A stretch of DNA of 64,000 nucleotides, taken from the NCBI RefSeq assembly GCF_000315625.1, contig NW_005434465.1, positions 8,596-72,595 of the forward strand, in the 5' to 3' direction. This stretch comes from Guillardia theta CCMP2712. Lineage: Eukaryota; Protista; Cryptophyta. Positions within the stretch are counted from its first letter, which is position 1. Every line of letters begins with the position of its first letter. A program made the position numbers and the translations under genes. The notes below the pieces were generated by a model that made no database searches, was not told the origin of the DNA, and saw nothing but the letters and a program-made list of their open reading frames with translations. This document shows, piece by piece, positions 14,101 to 25,396 of the stretch.

Positions 14101-14229
14101 AGCGCTAGAATGATCCCATGATGGCTGGTGCAGTACTTAGTAGGCATGCAAAATGATACGAGCATGTCGACTGGAGAAATGACTCTAGAGTATTCCGTTG
14201 CAAGCTGGTTTGGAGAGCTTGAGTTTCAA

Positions 14230-14810
14230 TTCCAACGACAAAGGATAAGTACTCAGTCTTGGTATTTCTTGATCATTTTTCAGCATGAGTCGATCACGTG
14301 GAAGCAAGCAGTTCGTGGGTTCTTCGAGACTGTGTACAGAAATCAGGGAATTTGTAAGCAAGTCTTGTCTGACAATGGAAGCATTTTCAATTCAACATTT
14401 TGGGACGAAGTTTTCAACCTGATGGGTATTGACGTTCGACATTCTAGAGTATATTATCCTCAATCCAATGGTAGAGTTGAAAATTCAACAGCATGATTGT
14501 GGATGCGTTACGAATTTTCTGTATGAAATATCCTCACAAGACTTGGGATGTCTACTTGACTCATTCGGAGACCGTTTGGAAATCTACAGTGCGTAATGCC
14601 TCAGGATTGACTCCATTTGAGATAATCAATGGTTGTGAGATTAAGGACGTGTTGCTCGAGATGCGATGACTATCAGTGCAGCAAGTGATCGGATACAGAA
14701 AGGAGGTTGTCGAAACAACGCAGGTCTTAGTATGAATACAAGGTTGGAGGCAAGGTAATGTTATCTACCCAGGATTTGAAGTTGCCAGAGACAGTACCCA
14801 AGATGATGAG
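14230..14810 (+). mobile_element. Ty3/gypsy integrase remnant (rve core to pre-GPY/F region), frameshifted
   Basis: VLSDNGSIFNSTFWDEVFNLMGIDVRHSRVYYPQSNGRVE, then WDVYL...SGLTPFEII.G and VGGKVMLSTQDLKLPETVPKM in other frames. Confidence 0.85.
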
Positions 14811-15509
14811 AGAAAGAAGGAGAGAGAAAGAAGGAGAGAGAAAGAAGAGGCCCGGGCCGTACTGTACGGTACTCCGAGTAGAGTCCGACGGCGTAGTCCC
14901 GGCCCCAGGTCACCGGGTCCGACGGCCGCGCCTTGCCGAGTTGGCGGCAACCGTTGAACCGTGAACCGCCGGCCCGGAGACTCCCGGCGGCCCCGAGAGT
15001 TCGGAACTAGAGTAAACTTAAAAATCATTACGGGTCTCGATTACTATACACGATCACGGTGGGGAAGAATCTGGTAGGGGTGGGGGCAGGGGAAGTCTGG
15101 GGTAGGGGGTGGAATGCCCGACCTCAACTCACTGAGGCTTGGGATTTCCAGGTAGAGGTAATAGGGGTGGCTGTTGACTTTCGAAACAAGGGGGGTGGTA
15201 ATCTGTGATTCACCCAGTAAACCTCTTACTTTTTTTATATCTGGACCCCTACGTTGTGTACCCCTACCCTCTCTATTGCTATTGCCTACGACACCACCCC
15301 CTATCTCGATGCTGATGTCCGAATTGCTCGGAGTTACCATGATGTCGCTCATGTGGGAGCGTAGCAGGTCGTAGCACCTCGGGACTGACGCCCCCCCCCT
15401 GTGGTCGGGCGGAGAAAGCAATCAGAGGCTGCACACAACCCCCGGGGTGAACCGCAGCACACCAGAAGAAGAGATAAGACAGTGAGAGCAGGTAGCAGAC
15501 GCGTTCAAC

Positions 15510-18500
15510 ATGCAGGGAACCGTTGTGGCGTCAGTGCTCAAGAAGCGAGGAGAGAAGAATGTGAGGAAAGTGGAAGAGGAGGAGATAGAGAAGTTGATCA
15601 AACATCCGGTTGATACGTTGGTACATGACGTCAACGAGGTGGAGGGAGTCCTCAGGGACACAGAGTTACAGAAGCTCTTCGGGCTAAGGAGCAGAACCGA
15701 TCCTGTAGTTCGCAGGGAGATTCAGATTGACGGGCTCCTGACCAAAGTACGCGAGAAGCTATCTCGTTCCTCCTCCTACGTGCGGCTATTCGGAACGTCA
15801 ATCTTCTTCCTCGTCTACGTCTCCTTCCTCTTCATGCAGCGAGACATCGAGTCGTCCTACTATGTGGAAAGCTCTGTCATCGACCTTGTGGGGAGCAACC
15901 TGCCCATGCTGGGCAACGGAGGATACATGAACTCAGGTCTGGGTTCGACTGGATTTCTGAGCACATCAGAAGATTTCTACTCCTGGTAGGCGACCATGTG
16001 CTCGTCCTTACTCACGGACATTTCAGGTTCCGCGGGATCGCTCAAGTGGTCTTCAGCGATCCTGTGTGTGGGGACGGGACATGTGATGGGCCGGACGAGT
16101 ATCCGGGCTTCGGGAGGTTCGGATGTATCAAAGACTGCGGCAAGTACAAGAACGTCACAAGTCTCACCATCACGCTAGAGGACGTTGTGAAGCGAAGTAG
16201 CAGCGAGCTTGGTATCTCTCTCAAGGACTCGGAGCTCGAGGCGGACGCGTCGAGGGTGCGATTCTTCTACAACATCTACAGCGAGACCATGGGAGACTTT
16301 CTCTTGGAGAGCGACACCAACGCTACTCAGCTGACGTTCGAGGCTCCAGACGGAGAGCTCACGCTCGTCCTCTACCAAGAATCTTCTGTAGAGGAGCTGG
16401 TGGAGAATCAAGCTGTGACTTCGCTGTATGGAATTACGCAGAGGTAGCGATATTCGTGTATGCTGAGCGAGCTGAGAAAGTTTTACAGCTCCTTCTCACG
16501 TCTACCAACGCGCAAGACCGCGATCGAATACGGAAACTTGCGCGAGGTCATCAAGAACGCTGTGTACGGGGAGAACGCTATCAAGACTTTGTGTCGCTCG
16601 CCGCTGGAGGCTCAGGTTGCCTTCTGCGACACGTTCAACCCGCAAGGTACAGAGCATGGAGAGGGGCGGAGGGCTCTGAAGATCTGATGGGCAGACATGG
16701 GCTACCTTTTCACCTCCAAGTACGGGGTCAGCGGCAGGATCGACCTCAAGGACTCAGTGACTGGTGTGTTGGAGACTATAGTGAAGGTATGCTTTCGGCT
16801 AGGTCTTCCTATAGTAAATCTCGCACAGGTGGGTTACTGCAGCATTCTGCCCAATGTCAGCGGAAGCCCGTATGCACAGGCCAACAAGGCAACAATCGTT
16901 CGGTCAGGGTCCAGCTGCGACGGGTCTTCCGGGACCCGACGCTCTCGAGAACGCGAGGCTACTCCAAGGAGGCAGCTGCTACAAGCTGCTACTCCCATCA
17001 TGCCAGCCTGGCAAGACGAACTGGACGTAGGTCCAGCTGAACCCCAACATCGACTTGCATCTTCTTCCTTGCACACAAGCGCTCAGCGTGAGGATGTACG
17101 GAACAGCCGGGAATCTGCTGGGAACACGCACGGATGGCTACCGTCGAGGGCTAACAAGCAGTCACTGAGAGCTGTGTCAAACTGCCCTAACACGGGTCAA
17201 ATTCTTACAAGCGCCGCTGGCTTCTTGACGTCGGGCTACACCACCTACAGTTACAACACTGACTGCTCTTGGACCATCGCGTCTCCGAGCAACAGCAGCG
17301 TGACTTTGACATTTCAACGGTTCGACGTGCAATATCATAGCTCATGCAAGTACGACAAGGTGTATATCTACTCCTGTACAAGTGTGAGCTGCTCGCCGTC
17401 AGCCTTGCTCGCGACCTTGTGCGGGAGCTTGGATCAGATCAATCCTCAAGTCACGTCCCCCACGGGCATCATGAAGGTGTCCTTCAAGTCGGACAGTAGT
17501 GTCAACAACCAAGGCTTCTGTGCCACGTGGGGTACCGGTTCTGCTTGCCCTGTGAACCCTGATACCCCCGTGTTGAGGAGAGTGCTACATATCCTGAGAC
17601 CTTTGCACAATGAGGGCCTGTACGGGGTTGCCATGGCAGAGGTCGAGGTAACGAGTCCTTCCAACTCCACCTACATGCGTTATGCTCTTTCAACCGACGC
17701 TCAGCCGACTCCTACTTGTGACTGCACCGACTGGCGAGATTCTGCTACCTGCCCCAATACTGTCAGGAGCGGCTCTAAGATCCTGCTCTACTACGAGGGC
17801 GCGACCTCTCGGAAATACTTTCGGGTCAGAGTGATTGCATGCAACCAGTACCCTGAGGTTACACTGTCCAGCCCTAGCTACATCTACTACGCTACCTACT
17901 TCCTAGGACCTCCAGCTGTCAGCTTGTCTTTCCTTGTCAACATGCCAGCACCCCCAGCTGACAGCACAACTGACCCCATGGACGGCATGCCGTCGCCTGC
18001 CAACTCCTCTACCAACCCCGGCAACAGCTCGTCGGTTTTGAGCTCTGTGTGTGGAAACATCTCTGTCGATGAGGTTTGGAGGAAGATAGTCGAGGACATT
18101 CTCAACCAGACTCTAGCTCTCCCCCAGCAGGCGACCTTCAATGTGACGTACCAAGACTCCTCCGTTAACCTGTCGAGTGTGGTGTTTGCGACTTCGAACG
18201 TCCATGTGGCAACCATCGTCAACCTTCTGCTTGATCATCGGCAGAGGATGCAGGAGGCGCTTGGTCGCGCTTGTCCCCTCCTCAACATTCAGCAAGAGAT
18301 GGCGATCCGTACCAGCTGGCTCTTCAACAAGGGCGCGCGAGGTGAGAAACAGGAATTTGGTCTTGTCAGCCATTGACAGCTGAGCTGCAGGTGGTGCATG
18401 TCAAGCTCACTACGACTGCGATGACGGACTGTTCTGCGTAAAACCAAGCTCGTCAAGCTCAGAGGAGTTGGGAACCTGCGACATCTGCAGCTTCTGCAAG

Positions 18501-21500
18501 GTTGACGCCAGAGACGCCATCGACAACAGATGTCCCTTCCTCATGTGTCCAACCTCAGGCAACTTCCCCGCCTGCAGCAACGCGGAGCGGTTCACAGCGA
18601 GCGCCACGTGCCCGAGCGACTACAAGTTCAGCGTGTGGGAGTACCGCAATGCGAGCGAGGGCCCGCCTAAGATCGTTCCTCCCTTCGAGCCCAAGAACCG
18701 TGAGATTACTCCCTACAACAGGATCGTCGGCGCCATCGTGATCTCACAGAGAAGGATGAAACCGACGTCCTGCGCTCAGAGCGTGAACAAGCATGTTCAA
18801 AGCTTCATGAAGTCAGTAGAGGGCGTCGTTACCTGCCCTTCCTCTACCCTCGATGACACACCCTTCGGGTACGATCCGTCCTTCATGTCCTTCAGCAGCA
18901 TGTACAACCCGAAGCTCTTCCCCGAGAAGTTCTACGCGCCCCTTGAGAGACACGTGATCGTGTCACAAGGAGAGACAGACCTCTCGTTCCCCATCGGCTT
19001 CTACCCGCACAAGTACGACACCAACTTCTTCGATACGAACATGGACGGCTTCATCTCTGAGGAGGAGGCGTCCATCAACGCCACCAGCTTCAAGGTAGCC
19101 TACAAGGACCGCAAGCTCATCATGCCGTCTGAGGCGGACACCTTCAAGCTCTACTTCGACGAGCGACTGACGCAGATGCTGGCGCAGAGCATGATTCAGT
19201 TCGCAGAGGACGGGTCCTTCATAGACTCGCAGACGGAGGAAGTACAGGTACAGTTCCTGACCTACAACGCTCCTAAGAACATCTTTGCCCTGCACGAGTT
19301 CATTTTCACCTGGCAGAAGACAGGAAGGATCCCCTGGGACTACAAGGTCAACTCCTTCTCCGTTGACTTCTTCGCGGGGCCCAAGGCCGTGATGCAGATC
19401 TTCTTGTTCGTCCTCGTCGTCGGGTTTCTCCTCATCAACAGCTACATGGAGGTCACAGAGCTGCTCGGCGAGATCCGCAAGTACAACCTGACAGGTTACC
19501 TATCGCATCCTTTCAACTGGATCGACTGGACGCACTTCGCCTTCATGTGGGGGACTATCATCACCTGCCTCCTCCACTACTTCGACTGCCGCCAGTTCTA
19601 CATGAAGTCCAACTACCCTGTGCTCTTCTACGGGCCCCAGTACGGCTCGACAGGGCAGCGCAAGGGGATCACAACTGTGCAGACAGGAACGGGTTTCCAA
19701 ATTCCTCTGCTCAAGTCAGGGAACGCCAAGGCAAGGCACTTCCGAACAGATAACCAGGCAGAGATGGACCTGCTGCTGCTGCTGGAGCAGGCGAGGACGG
19801 TCTCGGGGTCGATGAACCTCTACTCCTTCTTCGCGGGAGTCAGCGTCGTGCTCTTCGTGCTGCGCATGCTCAAGTCTCTTGACTTCCAAGAGCGCATGGG
19901 CCTCGTGACTCGCACCATCGCACGCGCGTCCAGCGACCTCTGGCACTTCATGCTGCTGTTTGCTGTCGTGTTCTATGGCTACTCCGTGGTGGGACACATG
20001 CTGTTTGGTCATCAGTACGAGGTGAGAACGAGGAGCGATGAGGGAGGAGGGAGGAAGCGGAAGAAAGAGGAGGAGGTGGTAAGAGGAGGAAGACAGAGGA
20101 AGGAGAAGGCGGCGGGAGGAGGAGGAAGGTGGAGGCGGGAGGAAGAGGAAGAGGGAGGAGCAGCAGGGTAGAGGGGAAGAGGAGGAAGGAGCTGACAAGG
20201 TATGATGTGACAGGGCATGAAGGACATGTCGACGGCTTCTCTGACGCTCCTCATCTTCCTGCTCAGTCTCGACACGACTCAGTTCTACGCGTCGGTGAGC
20301 GAGCAGAGGAGGCGCGGGCTGATGCTGACATGCAGCCTTAGATGTCACACGCAGCTCCTGACGGTGCGTTTCACATCTTTCTGTGGTCTTATCTGTTCAT
20401 CGCTTTCTTCATCCTGCTCAATGTCTTCCTCGCCATCTTGGTGGACGCGTACGCCAAGGTCAAGGAGGAGACGGAGGGCACGACTGGGCTGGTGGAGGAC
20501 CTGCTGGAGACTCTCTGGCATGGGCTGAGGAAGGCGATAAGGATGCAGCAGTTCGTGTCGAACCAGAAGCTGGAAGAGGCGCTTGTGAAGGAGCGCGAGA
20601 CGTTGACGTCCAAGGAGAGCCAGCGTCGCATCCTTGAGCGGGACCTTGAGGAGGAGAGGCTGGTTCTGCTTCCCGGAGGCGTCTCGCTCGACACTCAGGA
20701 CCTTGCTACGATCGCTCGACGAGCGTTGGAGATGGAGAGAGACAAAGTTCATCCGGAGGAGGAAGAAGACAGGGAGCGGGATGACCCGATGTTCAACGAG
20801 GACGAGATCGTGGCGTCTGCTGATCTGATGAACCGCTACGGCATGGAGCCATCGGAGATCTCGGAGAGGAGGAAGAGCGAGCTGCTGGAGCTTCATGATC
20901 TTGAGGGCATCCGACGGCAGATCGGGACGCAGATCGGACAAGTCAAACTTCTGGGCAGCCAGCAGCGAGTCCTCGATCTCTTGACAAGCATAGGGAAGGA
21001 AATCGCCCCATCAGCCATCGCTGCTGCCATGGCGCAGCAGAAGGAGCAAGAGCAAGATATTCACACGGCAGCAGCTCCGACGTTGGTGAAGCTTTTGAGG
21101 GTAACGCTGGTACGAGCAACTAACTTGCCGAGGATGGACCTGATCTCGGGCTGTGACCCCTACTGCGTGCTCTTCGTGAACGCGTGCTCGGGTCTGTCAA
21201 CGTTTGCATCGGAGGTGCTGCACAAGAACGTGAACCCCGAGTGGGAGCAGGAGTTCGAGTGGAGGATGACGAGTCAGACCAAGGTGCTCAGCGTCACCCT
21301 GTGGGACAAGGACGATGTAAGCGCCTGCCGGACACCTGCTGGAGCTGGCTGATTCATCTGACGGGTTTACCTTCTCAGGTGACGAGCGACGATCTGGTGG
21401 GGTCAGTGCAAGTGGACCTGCAGCAGCTGCCGGACGGCGAAGAGGAGGAGTTAACGCTGCCGCTGCACAACCACAAACTCTTCAAGAAGCTGCGCGAGAC

Positions 21501-21717
21501 CCGCCTCGTGCTGAGAGTCCACAAGCTGATCGAGACAGAGTCGATGAAGGTAGGTCGAGCAAGTGACTTGTGCTGGTGCCTTACGCCGGACTAGATGACA
21601 GTGAAGATGCCCGAGAGGCAGGCAAACGAGGAAAAGGAAGAAAACGAGGAGCTGGAAGAACTGGAGGAGCTCAGTGCTGGAAGATGGAGCCAACGTAGAG
21701 TTAAGATGAGTTCCTAA
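15510..21717 (+). CDS. Polycystin-2/TRPP-like cation channel with CUB and Cys-rich domains in the extracellular loop and a C-terminal C2 domain, multi-exon
   Basis: S1 TM (LFGTSIFFLVYVSFLFMQR); CUB (YSYNTDCSWTI...LTFQRFDVQYHSSCKYDKVYIY...LCGS...MKVSFKSDSSVNNQGF); TOP-domain NRIVGAIVISQRR, FIDSQT..VQVQFLTYN; TMs FNWIDW, LRMLKSLDF..RMGLV..TI, LLNVFLAIL..AY; C2 LRVTLVRATNL...DPYC...NPEWEQEF...WDKD. Confidence 0.85.
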
Positions 21718-21729
21718 ATGATTCAAATA

Positions 21730-22325
21730 ACAACGCGAGTGATGCGCAGCAGTTCCTTCAAGAAACCAACAGTATCTACAATAAGTAAACCTAGCACGTG
21801 AAATCTATTCTCCTTATATATAGTGGAATTGGTTAACTATGGAATCTGCCTCAGACACCTATTGTCTAATTACAGTCAGCACTCAATCAATCCTCTCATT
21901 CGCTCCCACTAGCACAACAATTGAGAATCTTTTTCACATTGTCTTCGCTGCAAATATCATCGAATCGACACATCAAAATCTCGAGTCATCTTCTTCATTT
22001 CATCCGTTTTAAATTCACGGGTACTCAACCACGACGTATCCCTTCCACTTGACCAAATATGATTACCTTTTCCACGACGTGCTAAAATTCGTTCAACTTT
22101 GTAATGATCTCTGTCTTGTTGAATCAATGGCAATGGTGGTGCCACTGAATTTTCCACATCAACGTCACGAACATGATACAATCTGAGCTTCGACACATTG
22201 AAAACTGTTTTCTTCAAATGCTGAAACCTTGCTGTAAACTCCAATCGAACTGAACTATCCGAAACTTTCTCACGTATCTTGAAAGGACCTATGAAACGAA
22301 GCTGCATCTTCGCCACTGTTTCTGG
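21730..22325 (-). mobile_element. Ty3/gypsy chromovirus remnant: integrase GPF motif + chromodomain, possible LTR/3' UTR
   Basis: PETVAKMQLRFIGPFKI...VFNVSKLRLY...YKVERILARRGKG, then frameshift to YLVKWKGY. Confidence 0.88.
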
Positions 22326-22327
22326 TT

Positions 22328-25300
22328 CGCGTCTGGGTGCCAGCAGTGCTGGTTCTTTTCGGGCTTGTGTTTTGTGTGTGATTGTGCAGCTTCTCGCTGT
22401 GGACTGTGTGCCAGGAGGTTCAGCTTGTTCCTGCTTTGTTTTGCTTGAGGCACTTTTTACCTTCTGCCAGTAAATCCTATACTCTCTCTGGTAACTTCAA
22501 ATTTCATCTCTTACCTGCTAAGGGAGTTTCATTTCGGACGTCCCCATCCTCCTGAATTCTGCTTTGCTGCTTGTTGCTTGATTGCTTGACCCTTAGGCTG
22601 CTTGTCTGCGCGGCTTCGCGCTTGGGCTGGCGATGCCGCGTCTGGGTGCCAGCAGTGCTGGTTCTTTTCGGGCTTGTGTTTTGTGTGTGTTTGTGCAGCT
22701 TCTCGCTGTGGACTGTGTGCCAGGAGGTTCAGCTTGTTCCTGCTTTGTTTTGCTTGAGGCACTTTTTACCTTCTGCCAGTAAATCCTATGTGCTGCTTTA
22801 GGCACTTTGTACCTTCTGCGAGTAAAACTTCATTGCGCTCCTGCTACATGTTCAACCTCCTCCAGACACATGCTTGTCTGCCTTTCGCGCGTGGGCTGGC
22901 GAAAAAGATACGGATTTACTGGCAGAAGGTAAAAAGTGCCGGTGCCGAAGCCGGGTCTGCTGACAGTTGCCAGTCGTGCTGGTTACTTTTGGTCTTGTTT
23001 TGTTGTGTGTGCTTTGTTTTGCTTGAGGCACTTTTTACCTTCTGCCAGTAAATCCTATACCGTGTGTGTTTGTGCAGCTTCTCGCTGTGCGCTATGTGCC
23101 TTAGGGCCTGCAGGTTTAGCTTGTTGCTGCTTTGTTTTGCTTGAGGCACTTTTTTCTCCGTTTCTCCCGCGGGTCCAGTCACAGATTCGCCGCTTTGACC
23201 TCTCTGTCCACCTGGCGCTTGAGAAATACCACCGCTGGCCTTCCTCGCAGTACCTCTCTGCTACCGCTGACTCGGAGGCTAGCGAGGAGGACTACCTTTG
23301 TGCAGCTTCTCGCTGTGGACTGTGTGCCTGCCGGTTCAGCTTGTTCCTGCTTTGTTTTGCTTGAGGCACTTTTTACCTTCTGCCAGTCAATCCTATGTCA
23401 ACCTCGAGCGGTACCGTGCTCCTGTGTCCAGCCTCCCTCCGTCCGCTGCTCCAGGCGGACCCCCGGGCAACGCCGGCTCCTTGTCGGCGGCTGCCCTTTC
23501 TCCGTCCGCGGCCGCCAGCTTTGTGGCGGCAGCGGACGTCTCGAATCCTATATCCGACTGACAGTGGTCAGTCGGCTGCCTCCGGGTATCGCGTCTAAGG
23601 GATTTTCTTCCTCCTGCATGCTCCTGCAACTTGTTGCTTGATCGCTTGACCCTTAGGACTACCTCGAGCGGTACCGTGTTCCTGTGTCCAGCCTCCCTCC
23701 GTCCGCTGCCCCAGGCGGACCCCCGGGCAACGCCGGCTCCTTGTCAGCGGCTGCCCTTTCTCCGTAGTATAGGATTTACTGGCAGAAGGTAAAACAAAGC
23801 AGGAACAAGCTGAACCTCCTGGCACACAGCCCACAGCGAGAAGCTGCACTATCACACACAAAACACAAGCCCGAAAAGAACCAACACTGCTGGCACCCAG
23901 ACGCGGCATCGAGCNNNNNNNNNNNNNNNNNNNNNNNNNNNNNNNNNNNNNNNNNNNNNNNNNNNNNNNNNNNNNNNNNNNNNNNNNNNNNNNNNNNNNN
24001 NNNNNNNNNNNNNNNNNNNNNNNNNNNNNNNNNNNNNNNNNNNNNNNNNNNNNNNNNNNNNNNNNNNNNNNNNNNNNNNNNNNNNNNNNNGCAGGAGGAA
24101 TAAAATCCCTTATGCCAGTAAATCCTCGAATGATCCTTAGACNNNNNNNNNNNNNNNNNNNNNNNNNNNNNNNNNNNNNNNNNNNNNNNNNNNNNNNNNN
24201 NNNNNNNNNNNNNNNNNNNNNNNNNNNNNNNNNNNNNNNNNNAGGCAGCCGACTGACCACTGTCAGTCGAGACGTCCGCTGCCGCCACAAAGCGGGCGGC
24301 CGCGGACGGAGAAAGGGCAGCCGCCGACAAGGAGCCGGCGTTGCCCGGGGGTCCGCCAGGGGCAAGAGTTGTCCAACCTCGGAGCCAGACGGCCCCTCAG
24401 CCAGCCGGTAGCGAAGGTTGGTTTCGATCCAACGACCTCGAGGTTATGAGCCTCGCACGCTGGGTGCCAGCAGTGCTGGTTCTTTTCGGGCTTGTGTTTT
24501 GTGTGTGATTGTGCAGCTTCTCGCTGTGCGCTGTGTGCCTGGAGGTTCAGCTTGTTCCTGCTTTGTTTTGCTTGAGGCACTTTTTACCTTCTGCCAGTAA
24601 ATCCATTAGATCCTTCTGCCAGTAAATCCATTCACTGTGAAAAGATGGATTTACTGGCAGAAGGTAAAAAGTGCCTCAAGCAAAACAAACAGTGAGGGCG
24701 TCGCTCCACTCTGTGTAGTAGAGTTTTACGCATAAGGTAAAAAGTTTACCTTCTGCCAGTAAATCCATCTTCAAGTCCTCCTCGCTAGCCTCCGAGTCAG
24801 CGGTAGCCGAGACCAACACCGCCCGTGACGGCGGCGACGCCGCGGCAATGCCCAAGGACCGGCGTGACCCGACCGATGCCGGGGAGGAAGCAGGCGAGCT
24901 CGGACCAGCAGCAAGCACCCCAGTTGTGTCGAGCTCTCCGGAGGCACCCGACGTCACAGTGAGGGCCGAAGGGACGGAGACGCCTCGCCAGCTCCGCGCC
25001 GGTCGTCGGCTCCACTCTGGATGTTTCCCCCATCGGAGTTGGAGACCTCCGGCGAAGTTTCCTCCTCGGGCGAATCGACAAAGTCCGAGGAGGAGCTGTC
25101 CTCTGGCTCGAGAAGTGCTTGCGCCTGCAAGGGCGTCATGCGCCTCGCACCAGACAAGAGCGCCTCCAGCGTCAGCTGCATAGTGAGGCGCTGATAGGTG
25201 GCGTACCGTTTGCGAGCCAAGACCTCAGCAGCAGGGCCGTCATCAGGCACGAAGTGCCGACCAAACGCCGCATCCTCAAGAGGCATCGAGCGCTGAGCAA

Positions 25301-25396
25301 TGATGTCCTCCGATACCAGATGAAGCGGAGGGTGTCAGGAGGCACAATGGATTTACTGGCAGAAGGTACAAAGTGCCTCAAGCAAAATTTCATCTA
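22328..25396. mobile_element. Nest of 5'-truncated 3' ends and internal fragments of an RLE non-LTR retrotransposon, both orientations
   Basis: Repeated units all ending in ...GCACTTTTTACCTTCTGCCAGTAAATCC, matching the 3' UTR of the longer copy at 25397-27200. Internal ORF pieces at 23157-23240 and 24770-25345. Contains two N-gaps. Confidence 0.8.
24409..24461 (-). tRNA. Truncated initiator tRNA-Met (CAT) fragment lacking the 5' ~19 nt
   Basis: Minus strand AGCGTGCGAGGCTCATAACCTCGAGGTCGTTGGATCGAAACCAACCTTCGCTA: anticodon arm CGAGG-CTCATAA-CCTCG and the initiator-type T-loop GATCGAAA. Confidence 0.85.

Noticed and set aside
24406-24421. LTR-retrotransposon primer-binding site complementary to tRNA-iMet
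   Set aside because: The match extends 53 nt through the anticodon arm, starts CGG rather than TGG, and has no adjacent LTR end; better explained as a tRNA gene fragment.
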